Assembly: GCA_029856155.1 (NCBI GenBank)
Contig: JAHQWL010000056.1
Span: 1-33,453, forward strand
DNA from: Promethearchaeia archaeon
Lineage (GTDB): Archaea; Asgardarchaeota; Lokiarchaeia; Sigyniarchaeales; SOKP01
Direction: 5' to 3'
DNA length: 33,453 nucleotides
The notes under the pieces are model-generated. The model had not been told where the DNA came from. It was given only the letters and a program-made list of their open reading frames with translations, and did no database searches. Each line of letters opens with the position of its first letter. Positions within the stretch are counted from its first letter, which is position 1. A program made the translations under genes and the position numbers. This document shows, piece by piece, positions 1-9,044 of the stretch.

Positions 1-187
1 AACCATCAAGCGAACGTGGAGAATCAGGGACGTTAACACCGGAAACATCGCATGGTTTGAAGATAACTTAAGGCAATTAGAGGGCACCTAAATGATTTTG
101 TCGAGTGAGTGGGCTTTATCAATTAAGAAAAAAAGAAACAATAAAAGCATAAATACTCAAGTAATTTTCTTTTAACTTACTTTTTTC

Positions 188-679
188 TTAATTTTTCCCT
201 TCTAACCAACCGATTTTGGTTTTTTTATTATTGTCAAATTGAGCTACATAAGGTTTTAAATCCAAAATTGGTGTTCCATCTAATATATCAACATTGTCTA
301 CATGAATTCTATTTTCTTCAATTTTTAAAATCTATAATATTGAAAGACCTATAGGATTAGGGCGAAAAGGTGTTCGAATAGTAAACACTCCTTTCAATTC
401 ATTGTCCAAGAAAGGCTTTGACTGAAGTGGAACGGGTAATTTTACCATATCAAAAAAATATAAACAATAAATATGAGAAAACTCTGACAAATCTTTTAGA
501 CCAGATTTATATTCGGGAAATATCTCAATAGTACCTTTTGCATCGGACATTGATGGTTGAATAGGGATACCTTTAAGAGATTTAAATGGTGTATGAATTA
601 TGCCTATTGGTTTAAAACAAATTTCTTCTGGAAATTTCCGTTTTTCAATATCAATGATTTCTTTATTTGTGATTTCCAT
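188..679 (-). CDS. tsaA: tRNA (N6-threonylcarbamoyladenosine(37)-N6)-methyltransferase TrmO/TsaA, interrupted by one in-frame TAG at 332-334 (recoded or pseudogene)
   Basis: FKPIGIIHTPF, GVFTIRTPFRPNPIGLS; past the TAG the same frame reads ILKIEENRIHVDNVDILDGTPILDLKPYV...GWLEGKN to TAA at 188-190, giving the conserved DGTPxLDxKPY C-terminus. Confidence 0.9.
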
Positions 680-785
680 AAGGAATTAGATAATTAATAT
701 AAAAAAAGACTTTCTGATATTGGAAAAAAATTAAAAAATACAGTCTAAAATGTTATAAATATATAATGATATTGTATTAAATTTG

Positions 786-1514
786 CTAAAAATTCTTAGC
801 GCAGCGAAATCCTACAGCAAAATCAACCCAATTCGAAGGAAGTGCTTTTCGATAATAGACTTTTTTACACGTTATACCAGAATGCCAACTTCCACCACGA
901 ATAACTCGTAGAGACCCCTTTTCTGGACCTTTAGGGTTGTTTTTAGGACTTTCACTATAATATTTTTCATTATATATGTCCTCTACCCACTCCCAAACAT
1001 TACATGACATATCATATAATCCGTATGCGTTTGAAGCATAATTCTTAACTTCCACTATTAAGTTTTTCCATCCTTTACCTGGATCATTTCTTCTTAATGG
1101 GACAACCCAATCATTACCTATTGGAAATTCTTTATCAATAAGCCCTCCTCTGGCAGCATACTCCCATTCTGCTTCAGTTGGTAACCGTTTCCCAGCCCAT
1201 TCAGCATATTCTTTTGCAAAAGACCAACTTACCCCTACGACGGGATATTTTGGAAAATCCAAACCAGAACGAAAAATTTGTTCTCCCCAATATTCTGGTA
1301 ATTGATATTGTGTATCTTGACAGAATTTATAATAATCTGCATTTGTAACTTCATGTATATCAAGATAAAATGAATCTACATGAACTCTATGCGCTGGACT
1401 ATAATCAGCTCCGTGATCACTGTCTTTTCCCATAACAAAATCTCCCTCGGGGATAAGAACCATTCCATAGGGAATTTTTTCCTCATTGTTTTTATTTTGA
1501 TTTGTGAATTCCAT
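786..1514 (-). CDS. Formylglycine-generating enzyme (SUMF1/FGE-sulfatase) domain protein
   Basis: IPEGDFVMG, HEVTNADY, PVVGVSW, RLPTEAEWEYAARGG, NVWEW, RGGSW, GFRCA; ATG at 1514 preferred over TTG at 1538. Confidence 0.9.
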   Translation of the reverse strand: MEFTNQNKNNEEKIPYGMVLIPEGDFVMGKDSDHGADYSPAHRVHVDSFYLDIHEVTNADYYKFCQDTQYQLPEYWGEQIFRSGLDFPKYPVVGVSWSFAKEYAEWAGKRLPTEAEWEYAARGGLIDKEFPIGNDWVVPLRRNDPGKGWKNLIVEVKNYASNAYGLYDMSCNVWEWVEDIYNEKYYSESPKNNPKGPEKGSLRVIRGGSWHSGITCKKVYYRKALPSNWVDFAVGFRCAKNF

Positions 1515-1555
1515 ATTTATCAAAGCAAATTGGATCAATATAAGATTTTTCTATT

Positions 1556-3043
1556 TTAATCTAATTTTTTTAAAAGATTTAACAGAAAATTCCAAGTTCT
1601 TTCTACTGATTTGATTTCTAAACGTTCATCCGGGGAGTGAAGTCCCTTGGCATTAGCACCAAAAGCTATAGCATCAATTCCAGGAATTTTATCGATTAAT
1701 AGGGTAGATTCCAATCCTCCATGAATTATTTTTATTTCTGCTTCTTCTTTATTAACATCTTTATAGGCTTCTTGAGCAATTTTCAAGAGCGTGGAATTAA
1801 AATCTGGTTCCCAAGGAGGATAACTTCCACGATATTTGTTTTCCATTTCTAGACCTGAAAGTTCTAATATGTTTAGAACTTGTTCATAGATATCATTATT
1901 ATAATATTTACTTAAGCTTCGATGGAGCCACCTGATTTTAATATGATCTTCTTTAGTCCTTATTTTACCTAAATTTGTTGAGGTAAACATCAAATCTTTT
2001 ATTTTTGGATGGAATGCGATTGGACCATTAGGGAATATGTATAAAAGATCAAGTAATTTATTTTGAACTTCTTTTGAGAAGGTTTCATTACTCGGAAAGT
2101 CTTTTATTTTGTCGATCGAAATATTCATGTTCCTTTCGATTCCGTCAAAAAGCTTTTTAATTTCTTTGAAAATCTTAATGATATATAATTTGATTTCTTC
2201 AAACTGGTCTTCCTTAATAAAAAATGTTGAGGTCGCCTCTCTAGGTATTGCGTTAGCAGCACCTCCTCCATGTATAGAATTAATATGGATTGTATACTTT
2301 TTATTCAATTTCCAGAGAATTTGAGATAATAAATTAATTGCGTGGGCTTGGCCTTCATTACATCTTCCAGAATGTCCACCAACTAATCCATAAATAGAAA
2401 GATTTATTGGTGAAAGTTTTAACTGGCCTCGATCTATTAAAATAGGTTGTTTTTTAATTCTTGTATGAAATCCAATGCCCCCTGTGCATCCGATTGTAAT
2501 CGCTTTTTGACCAGAATCAAGATTGATTAGGTAATTTCCGTGAACAAGATTTGGATCAACATTTTTTGCCCCACCCATATCATATTCTTCACGAACAGTG
2601 AATAATAAATCTAAACCTATTGTATCAAATTTTAACTCGTTGTTGTGAATTTTTTTCATAAGAGTTAGGAGAAAACATACTCCTACACCGTTGTCTGCAC
2701 CTAAAGTAGTTCCTTCTGCTGTAATCCATTTTTCACCTTCAATATCGATTATTTTAGGTATTAAAGGATCTTTTGAGAAGTCATGAACAACATCCTCATT
2801 CTTCTCACATACCATATCCATATGGCACTGTAAAACACAATTTAGTTTTTGATTAATAGCGGGAATCTTTACAGCAATATTTCCTATTTCATCGATTTTT
2901 GAATTAAACCCAAAATTTTCTGCTTCTTCCTTAATAAAATTTCTTATTTTTTCTTCATTTCGGCTACACCTAGGAATTTCTAATATTTGTAAAAAGTATT
3001 CCCAGAAATCCTGAGGTTGCCCTAGATCTGCTAAATTTACCAT
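1556..3043 (-). CDS. pepD: Aminoacyl-histidine dipeptidase (peptidase M20C, PepD-like)
   Basis: LQCHMDMVCEK, TTLGADNGVG, EE metal ligands, GGHSG, IHGGLE, HSPDERL. Confidence 0.92.
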   Translation of the reverse strand: MVNLADLGQPQDFWEYFLQILEIPRCSRNEEKIRNFIKEEAENFGFNSKIDEIGNIAVKIPAINQKLNCVLQCHMDMVCEKNEDVVHDFSKDPLIPKIIDIEGEKWITAEGTTLGADNGVGVCFLLTLMKKIHNNELKFDTIGLDLLFTVREEYDMGGAKNVDPNLVHGNYLINLDSGQKAITIGCTGGIGFHTRIKKQPILIDRGQLKLSPINLSIYGLVGGHSGRCNEGQAHAINLLSQILWKLNKKYTIHINSIHGGGAANAIPREATSTFFIKEDQFEEIKLYIIKIFKEIKKLFDGIERNMNISIDKIKDFPSNETFSKEVQNKLLDLLYIFPNGPIAFHPKIKDLMFTSTNLGKIRTKEDHIKIRWLHRSLSKYYNNDIYEQVLNILELSGLEMENKYRGSYPPWEPDFNSTLLKIAQEAYKDVNKEEAEIKIIHGGLESTLLIDKIPGIDAIAFGANAKGLHSPDERLEIKSVERTWNFLLNLLKKLD

Positions 3044-3157
3044 TGATATCGCTTTAAATAATAAAGTATACGAATTGACTTAAATTAATTGTAAAATAAC
3101 AATAAATATAATAAAACCTTCAAGTATTTAAAATTAGATTTTGAAAAGGTTATAAGT

Positions 3158-3433
3158 ATGCCACGAGTAGGATTTCAAATTATTGGAACTATAAAAGAAG
3201 TAAAAGGATTTTGTAATAAAAATCATAAAGCAGGAGATGAAATAGAGTTAGATTGCCATGACTCAGGAGGATTGTGTGGATTTTTTTACCATGATATATT
3301 TCCTAATCTTATGATGCTTCAATTTGGAGGAGGTTTTCCTGCTACATGGGTCGAAGATCCTGATGTAATGGAACTTGAATGCCCAGATAGAACTAATGCT
3401 GTGAAAATTGAATTGAAAAGGGTAAGAGAATAA
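3158..3433 (+). CDS. Small Cys-rich TIGR04076-family protein
   Basis: VKGFC..HKAGDE, GLC, GGGFPATW, CPDRTNAVKIELKR pattern. Confidence 0.7.
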   Translation: MPRVGFQIIGTIKEVKGFCNKNHKAGDEIELDCHDSGGLCGFFYHDIFPNLMMLQFGGGFPATWVEDPDVMELECPDRTNAVKIELKRVRE

Positions 3434-3465
3434 TATTAAATTAGATTGGGAGGTGAAATATCTAA

Positions 3466-4269
3466 ATGCCTTATTTCAATAATGATGGAGTTAATATATA
3501 TTATGAAACTGTAGGTGAAGGTCCGCCTATATTAATGATTCATGGTTTTGCTTCAAATATAGAACAGAATTGGAAACATACAAAATGGATAAGCACATTA
3601 AAAGATAACTATCGTTTAATTCTTTTAGATTGCCGTGGTCATGGAAAAAGTGATAAACCACATGAAGATTCTTTTTATGGACATGACAAAATGATAAGTG
3701 ATGTTATTATTCTAATGGAAAATTTATCAATTGGAAAAGCTAATTTCTTTGGGTATTCTATGGGAGCATTAATTACATCCCAGTTATTATTACAAAAACC
3801 AGAACTTTTTATATCAGCTATATTAGGAGGTTTTGTATTATATTTACCTCAAAATGAAAAAGAAAGAACTCTTTACAGGGAAAATACACTTCTAAGAATA
3901 GAGGCTTTTAAAGCAGAAAGTATTGAACATATTAAAGATCCTATTGCTCGTAGATTTCGTCAATTTGCTGAAATTGGTGGCAATGATCTAAATGCTTTAG
4001 CTGCAGTTATGGCGGGAACCTTTCAAGAAACACCTGACTTGGTAGGATCTCCTTCTCAATCAAAAGCTTCTTTTAAAAAAGTAAAAACACCAATTTTAAC
4101 TGTTTTAGGATCTGATGATTTTATTCCAGGAGATAAAACATTAATAGCTCAATTGGTACCAAATGCTTGTCACTTCCAAATCCAAGGAAAGGACCATCTA
4201 ACTGTTGTCCCCGATCCAAGATTTAAAATGGTAGTTAAAGCATTTCTGGATTATGTAAATAAAGGATAA
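3466..4269 (+). CDS. Alpha/beta fold hydrolase
   Basis: IHGF, DCRGHGKSDKP, GYSMG nucleophile elbow, D and H triad (GSDD, KDHL); GGAGGTGA SD upstream. Confidence 0.92.
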   Translation: MPYFNNDGVNIYYETVGEGPPILMIHGFASNIEQNWKHTKWISTLKDNYRLILLDCRGHGKSDKPHEDSFYGHDKMISDVIILMENLSIGKANFFGYSMGALITSQLLLQKPELFISAILGGFVLYLPQNEKERTLYRENTLLRIEAFKAESIEHIKDPIARRFRQFAEIGGNDLNALAAVMAGTFQETPDLVGSPSQSKASFKKVKTPILTVLGSDDFIPGDKTLIAQLVPNACHFQIQGKDHLTVVPDPRFKMVVKAFLDYVNKG

Positions 4270-4340
4270 ATTGAGTTATTCATAAAAAGAATTTTTCTTC
4301 TTATTTTATTTCTATTTAAATAATGTATAAAACATGGTAA

Positions 4341-5168
4341 TTATAACTTTCCTATAAACATTGCTAATACAAATAATGAGCCTAAAATAGCTAAAGATAA
4401 TACATTTATAGTTCGTGCTATTTTTGGTGTCGGTCGAATAATAAACAATAAATTTAATGGAACCCCAATAACAATAATACTAATCATGCAAATCAGGTAC
4501 CCAATACCAAATAAACCTAGTAAGTAAATTACTATTCCAATAATATAAGCAATAAATTCATTTATTAAAAGAAAGTATCCCCCCCATTGAATTCCATATT
4601 TTTTAGGAATTGTATTCGTATCAGTTTTCTGATCATAAGGGAGATCTCTTGTGTCTCCAAGAACTCTTGCTCCAGTCATAGCAAAAAACAGAAATAATGC
4701 TAAAAGTATCACACTTAATTCAAATTTATAGGCAAAAAGAGCCCCAATCAGAACATAGAATCCTTGAAGAGTTCCTAAACTGAAGGCACGCAAGAGAGCA
4801 GAATCAAATAATCCTTTTACAAGGCCACCAATAACTCCTATTAAACATGCTAAGGGGATAAGTGCCCAAGGATTTATTATAATACATATTACACTACTAA
4901 TAGTAAAGCATGAGATAATGATTATAAGACCTCCTCTTGGAGATAATTTACCTCTCGCTATAGGATTTTTCAAGTTACCAGATTCACGATCCTTATTATA
5001 ATCTCCAAGATAATCAAAGAAAAATCCCCCAGCTGATAAAGTTGCTCCCACTAAGCCTGCTAGTAGAATATTTATCAGTGACCCTTCTAACCCAAATGAA
5101 ACTGAACTTGTTATAAAAAAAAACATGAGAATTCTGCCTAAACGCTAATCTCCAAATATAGTTTTCAT
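4341..5168 (-). CDS. UbiA-family prenyltransferase; probable start ATG 5168 with an in-frame TAG at codon 8 (5145-5147); alternative start 5126
   Basis: Asp-rich motifs DYLGDYNKD and DTRDLPYD, NPIARG, about 8 TM helices; upstream frame reads MKTIFGD*RLGRILMFFF. Confidence 0.82.
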
Positions 5169-5288
5169 TTTAGATGATATAAATGTTAATCCTTATGACA
5201 ATAATAATTCTAAATTAAAAAACAATAATTAGGCATTGTTTTTATATAATTAGATTTCTGTAATGTATTAATGTCTTAAAGAATTAGG

Positions 5289-6410
5289 CTAAGGAGACTC
5301 TTTATCTCTATTATATTTTTTTACTTCTTCAAACATTTCTTTTTCCCACTTTAATGCATCTCTTTCTTCTTCAAATTTCTGTTTTTCTCTTGCTAATTTA
5401 TCTTTGTCCTCTTGAAATTTTTCCCAGTTCTTCTCAAAAGTATCTTTCTGTTCTCCAAAATTGAATATTTCTTGTTTGAGTTTCTCTTTTTCTATTCCAA
5501 AATTTAATTTTTCCTGTTCAAACTTGTCTTTTTCCTCTTTGAACTTTAGTTTGTCAGCCTTAAATTTTTTTTTTTCTTCTTCTAGGTTTTGTCTTTCTTT
5601 TTCAATAAAATCTGTTTCAGCCTCAAGTTCCTCTTTTTCTTCACTTTTAAATTTTTCAATTTCTATTCTAGCATTCTTTTTTTTAATCTCTATGTCTTGA
5701 TCTCTTTCAAATTTTTTTACTTCTTCAAGCATTTCTTTTTCCCATTTAAAAGCTTCTTTTTCTTCTTCGAATTTTAGTTTCTCTTGTTTAAATTTTTCTT
5801 TTTCTTTTTCAAATTTTATTTTATCTTCTATTAATTTTTGTTTTTCTTGATCTTTTGTTAAATCCAATTTCAGATTAACATCTTGTTTAGTAGTTACGTT
5901 CTCGATATGTTCTTTCTTGATAACATCTATCACTTTATCTTTTTTCAACATTTCTGTATTAGCAGATGTTTGAATTTTTTTATTTCGTATTAACTCTATA
6001 AATTTATTCTCTTCATTTATTAGTGATTTTAATTTGTTTGAGAATGCAATAACAATTATTTTTTCAGAGATTTCAATGGCTTTATCAAATTCTCCTTCAG
6101 TAAAGTAGCGATTTTTAAGTTCATTTAATTTTTCTATTTCTTTTCTGATTTTACTAAAATCTAATTTTTCGGCTTCTATTTTCTCTATTTTATCTAAATG
6201 CTCACTTTCAATTATACCTTTTCTTAATTTATTCTCTTCCATTTGACCCTTAGCCTTGTCTATATTGTCAAGCCTGTTTAACATAGAAAAAATATTACTT
6301 TTTTTTGTTATTTCCTGAACTTCCGTATTGCTATTTATTTCTTGAACTATCAGGTTCTTCTTTTTTTCTTTTTTACTTTTCTTTTTCTGTTTTTCGGACT
6401 TATAACTCAA
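5289..6410 (-). CDS. Lys/Glu-rich coiled-coil protein with Phe-heptad repeats
   Basis: 373-aa ORF with TTG start; strict 7-residue EKxKF repeats and a duplicated KWEKEMxEEVKK block. Confidence 0.8.
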   Translation of the reverse strand: MSYKSEKQKKKSKKEKKKNLIVQEINSNTEVQEITKKSNIFSMLNRLDNIDKAKGQMEENKLRKGIIESEHLDKIEKIEAEKLDFSKIRKEIEKLNELKNRYFTEGEFDKAIEISEKIIVIAFSNKLKSLINEENKFIELIRNKKIQTSANTEMLKKDKVIDVIKKEHIENVTTKQDVNLKLDLTKDQEKQKLIEDKIKFEKEKEKFKQEKLKFEEEKEAFKWEKEMLEEVKKFERDQDIEIKKKNARIEIEKFKSEEKEELEAETDFIEKERQNLEEEKKKFKADKLKFKEEKDKFEQEKLNFGIEKEKLKQEIFNFGEQKDTFEKNWEKFQEDKDKLAREKQKFEEERDALKWEKEMFEEVKKYNRDKESP

Positions 6411-6957
6411 ACTTTAGCATCATTCCTTTAATTCTTTAATTTAAATATTTATCGCTCAACAATATATCTAATAAAACAAAATGCATAAAAACATTTGTTA
6501 ATAAAATTACTCAGTTTACTTCTTACAATCATTTTACAACCTTTAAAATCTATTCTCCTTATTGAATAAATTTTAAAGTTAAAATCTCCCGATCAAAAAT
6601 AATTTTCTATTTGAATTTGATTTTTTATTGGCAAAAAAAAATAAAATTGTTTACTGCAAAATAAAAATAAAGTAAAATTACTTGAGAATTTAATCATGAA
6701 GTAATTCTTTTAAGAGGGGTTCCTTTTTATAGATCCATTGTTTAAAACTTATAAGATCATTTTAAGTTATTTTGTATAAATTGAGTCCTATTAATAAGAA
6801 ATTAATATTCCAATTTCTAGAAACAAGTAAAAAATTATCCTATAAAATATAAAAAAAGATTATAATTTACCCTTCCTATTTATTAATAACCTTTTTTAAA
6901 TAAATATTAGAATCATATACGTTTAATATGTATTTATTATTAAGCTTCGTGTAAGAT

Positions 6958-7308
6958 ATGAAAGAGATTAGAAAAAATCCAATATTTCTAGCTTTAAGTC
7001 TTGTGATAATTTTTATTGCGGGAATATTAATCATTCTTAGCTTGTATGAAATCAATAATACACAGACGATTATAGATAATCAAAGAGAAATTATAGATGA
7101 GAATAGACAATGGGCAGAAAAAATTACATTTTGGGAAGTTACAGGGGGGCTAGGAGAGGATATTATCGAAGGCGAAAAAGTCTACTATGAAGCACTCGCT
7201 AAGTATTCTGCTGCATTGCAAGCACAAAGCATAGCGAAATTTTTCATAATTATATTAAGTATAATCATTATCCTCACAGTAGGAATCCTAATAGTTAAAA
7301 TAATTTAG
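6958..7308 (+). CDS. Hypothetical membrane protein (2 TM helices with a helical loop)
   Basis: Hydrophobic segments at both termini of a 116-aa ATG ORF. Confidence 0.7.
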   Translation: MKEIRKNPIFLALSLVIIFIAGILIILSLYEINNTQTIIDNQREIIDENRQWAEKITFWEVTGGLGEDIIEGEKVYYEALAKYSAALQAQSIAKFFIIILSIIIILTVGILIVKII

Positions 7309-7457
7309 ATGTCAGCAAATTATACAAAAATTTTGTAATACGTAGTATAAGGATTTAATTTTTTATTTAAGATATCTTAATTTTGGACAGAATAAACAAT
7401 GGTTTATTGATTTTAGTATTATTATCTTAAAACAAAAAAATAGCATTTTAGGTAGGG

Positions 7458-7512
7458 TCAGGTTAACCTCTTTTTGCTTCTCATTTATCTCGAAAGAGAT
7501 GGCTTTCATCAA
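7458..7512 (-). ncRNA. Candidate box C/D-like small RNA
   Basis: Minus strand: TTGATGA (C), 12 nt, TCGA (D'-like), ATGAGA (C'-like), 17 nt, CTGA (D); 55 nt, intergenic. Confidence 0.25.
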
Positions 7513-7558
7513 TTAAAAGATTGAAGTTTCCTCATCAATTAAAAGCATTGGGTTTTCT
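7506..7558. repeat. Imperfect tandem direct repeat, 26-nt period (TCATCAATTAAAAG core)
   Basis: tcatcaattaaaagattgaagtttcc followed by tcatcaattaaaagcattgggttttct. Confidence 0.7.
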
Positions 7559-7840
7559 TGATTTTTATTGATAAAGTTAAAGAGAAAATTCTAGGAAAAA
7601 AAGCTGCAACAATCTTTAGTTTATAAATTTTTAATTTATTTTTTTAATATTTCCAAAATATTCTGTTCTTTAATACTAAAAATTATTAATTAAAACTGAG
7701 ATTTTTAATAAGAACAATCATACTTTTGATAATTTGTTTATAATGGGTAATTTTTTATTGTTTGCTTTGCTAATTAAACAATAGTCTATTTAAATAAATA
7801 TCAATCATAATCATTTAAGATTAAAAGAGTTCTAGAGTAC

Positions 7841-9031
7841 ATGATTATCTCATTTCCAAATATGGGTCCTAATTGGGTAGCATTTAAAACATTATTCGAA
7901 GTCTTAGATCCATCAATAAAAGTGATCCTACCTGATCCAACTAATAGAGAAGCCATTAAAGTCGGCGTAAAATACAGTCCTGAGTTTGTTTGCTTTCCAT
8001 TTAAAGCCACCTTAGGAGATTTTGTTAATGCAATAAAAAAGGGTGCAGATACTTTAGTTATGGCTATAGATTGTGGGCCTTGTAGATTTGGATTTTATCA
8101 TGCGGTACAAGAACGCATTTTACATGATATGGGTTACAAACATGTGAGAATAATTCCATTAGATCAAGCAGATTTACTAGAATTTCATTGGGTAAAAACT
8201 CTCCAAGATATTAGTGGTAAAAGCGGTCTATTTTCGTATCCAAGATTCGTAAAAGCAGTGATTTTTTTCTTGAAGAAAGCAAAATTTTTACAAGACATTC
8301 AAACTGCAGAAGGTTTGTTCCGTGCATATGAACGAAATCAAGGAGATACTACAGAAGTGTTGAATAGTATATTAAATAAGCTTGATCAAGCTAATACGCT
8401 TAAAGAACTACGAAATTTTAAAAAAGTAATCAAGGAAGATTTTAATAAAATTGATGTTGATAAAACACGAACTCCTTTACGTGCAGCTATATTTGGTGAA
8501 ATTCATATAAGCTTAGAACCATATGTTAATGTAGACATTAGACGTAAGCTTGGAGAAATGGGTATAGAGATACATCAAAATCTAAGTTTATGGGATTGGG
8601 TTTCGCATAAATTCCACTTGAATTTTCATCGAAGATGGTTAGAACACTTATCTCATCCACACCTTCCTATGGATATTGGAGGAGAGTGCCAATGGGTTCT
8701 TGGCGAGTATATAGACCGAGCTAATAGTGGTTTTGACGGTGCTGTTCATTGCTATCCTTTTACATGTATGCCAGAGGTGACCGCAAGGACTATTATTACA
8801 AATAAACTTAAGCAAATGTATGATCTTCCGATTATATATTTCTCTTTTGATGAGCATTCTGGTACTGAGGGAATGAGGACGAGATTAGAAGCATTTGTAG
8901 ATTTAATGGAATCAAGACGTAAGCATAAATTAGGACTTGAAAAGATCTCATTTGAAGATAATAAGATGAATTTTTATAAATCAAATGGATCACATTTTTT
9001 TCAAGAGTGTATTCAATTAATTCAGGCATAA
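7841..9031 (+). CDS. COG3581 / PlsR-like Fe-S subunit (2-hydroxyacyl-CoA dehydratase D-component superfamily)
   Basis: SPEFVCFPFK, GPCRFGFY, GEIH..EP..N, PFTCMPE, FDEHSGTEGMRTRLEAFVDL. Confidence 0.85.
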   Translation: MIISFPNMGPNWVAFKTLFEVLDPSIKVILPDPTNREAIKVGVKYSPEFVCFPFKATLGDFVNAIKKGADTLVMAIDCGPCRFGFYHAVQERILHDMGYKHVRIIPLDQADLLEFHWVKTLQDISGKSGLFSYPRFVKAVIFFLKKAKFLQDIQTAEGLFRAYERNQGDTTEVLNSILNKLDQANTLKELRNFKKVIKEDFNKIDVDKTRTPLRAAIFGEIHISLEPYVNVDIRRKLGEMGIEIHQNLSLWDWVSHKFHLNFHRRWLEHLSHPHLPMDIGGECQWVLGEYIDRANSGFDGAVHCYPFTCMPEVTARTIITNKLKQMYDLPIIYFSFDEHSGTEGMRTRLEAFVDLMESRRKHKLGLEKISFEDNKMNFYKSNGSHFFQECIQLIQA

Positions 9032-9044
9032 TAAAGGTTTAATT

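Noticed and set aside
92-120. Possible SECIS-like element (ATGA after a stop codon)
   Set aside because: No convincing AUGA/GA quartet with stem and apical AA loop, and no in-frame TGA gene seen in the window
7496-7550. Fluoride riboswitch-like start (GAGATGGCTTTCATC)
   Set aside because: The conserved 3' UGAUGRYRCCU segment is missing and no fluoride-related gene follows
7506-7558. CRISPR mini-array
   Set aside because: Only two short imperfect units with a 26-nt period, no spacers of CRISPR length and no cas genes
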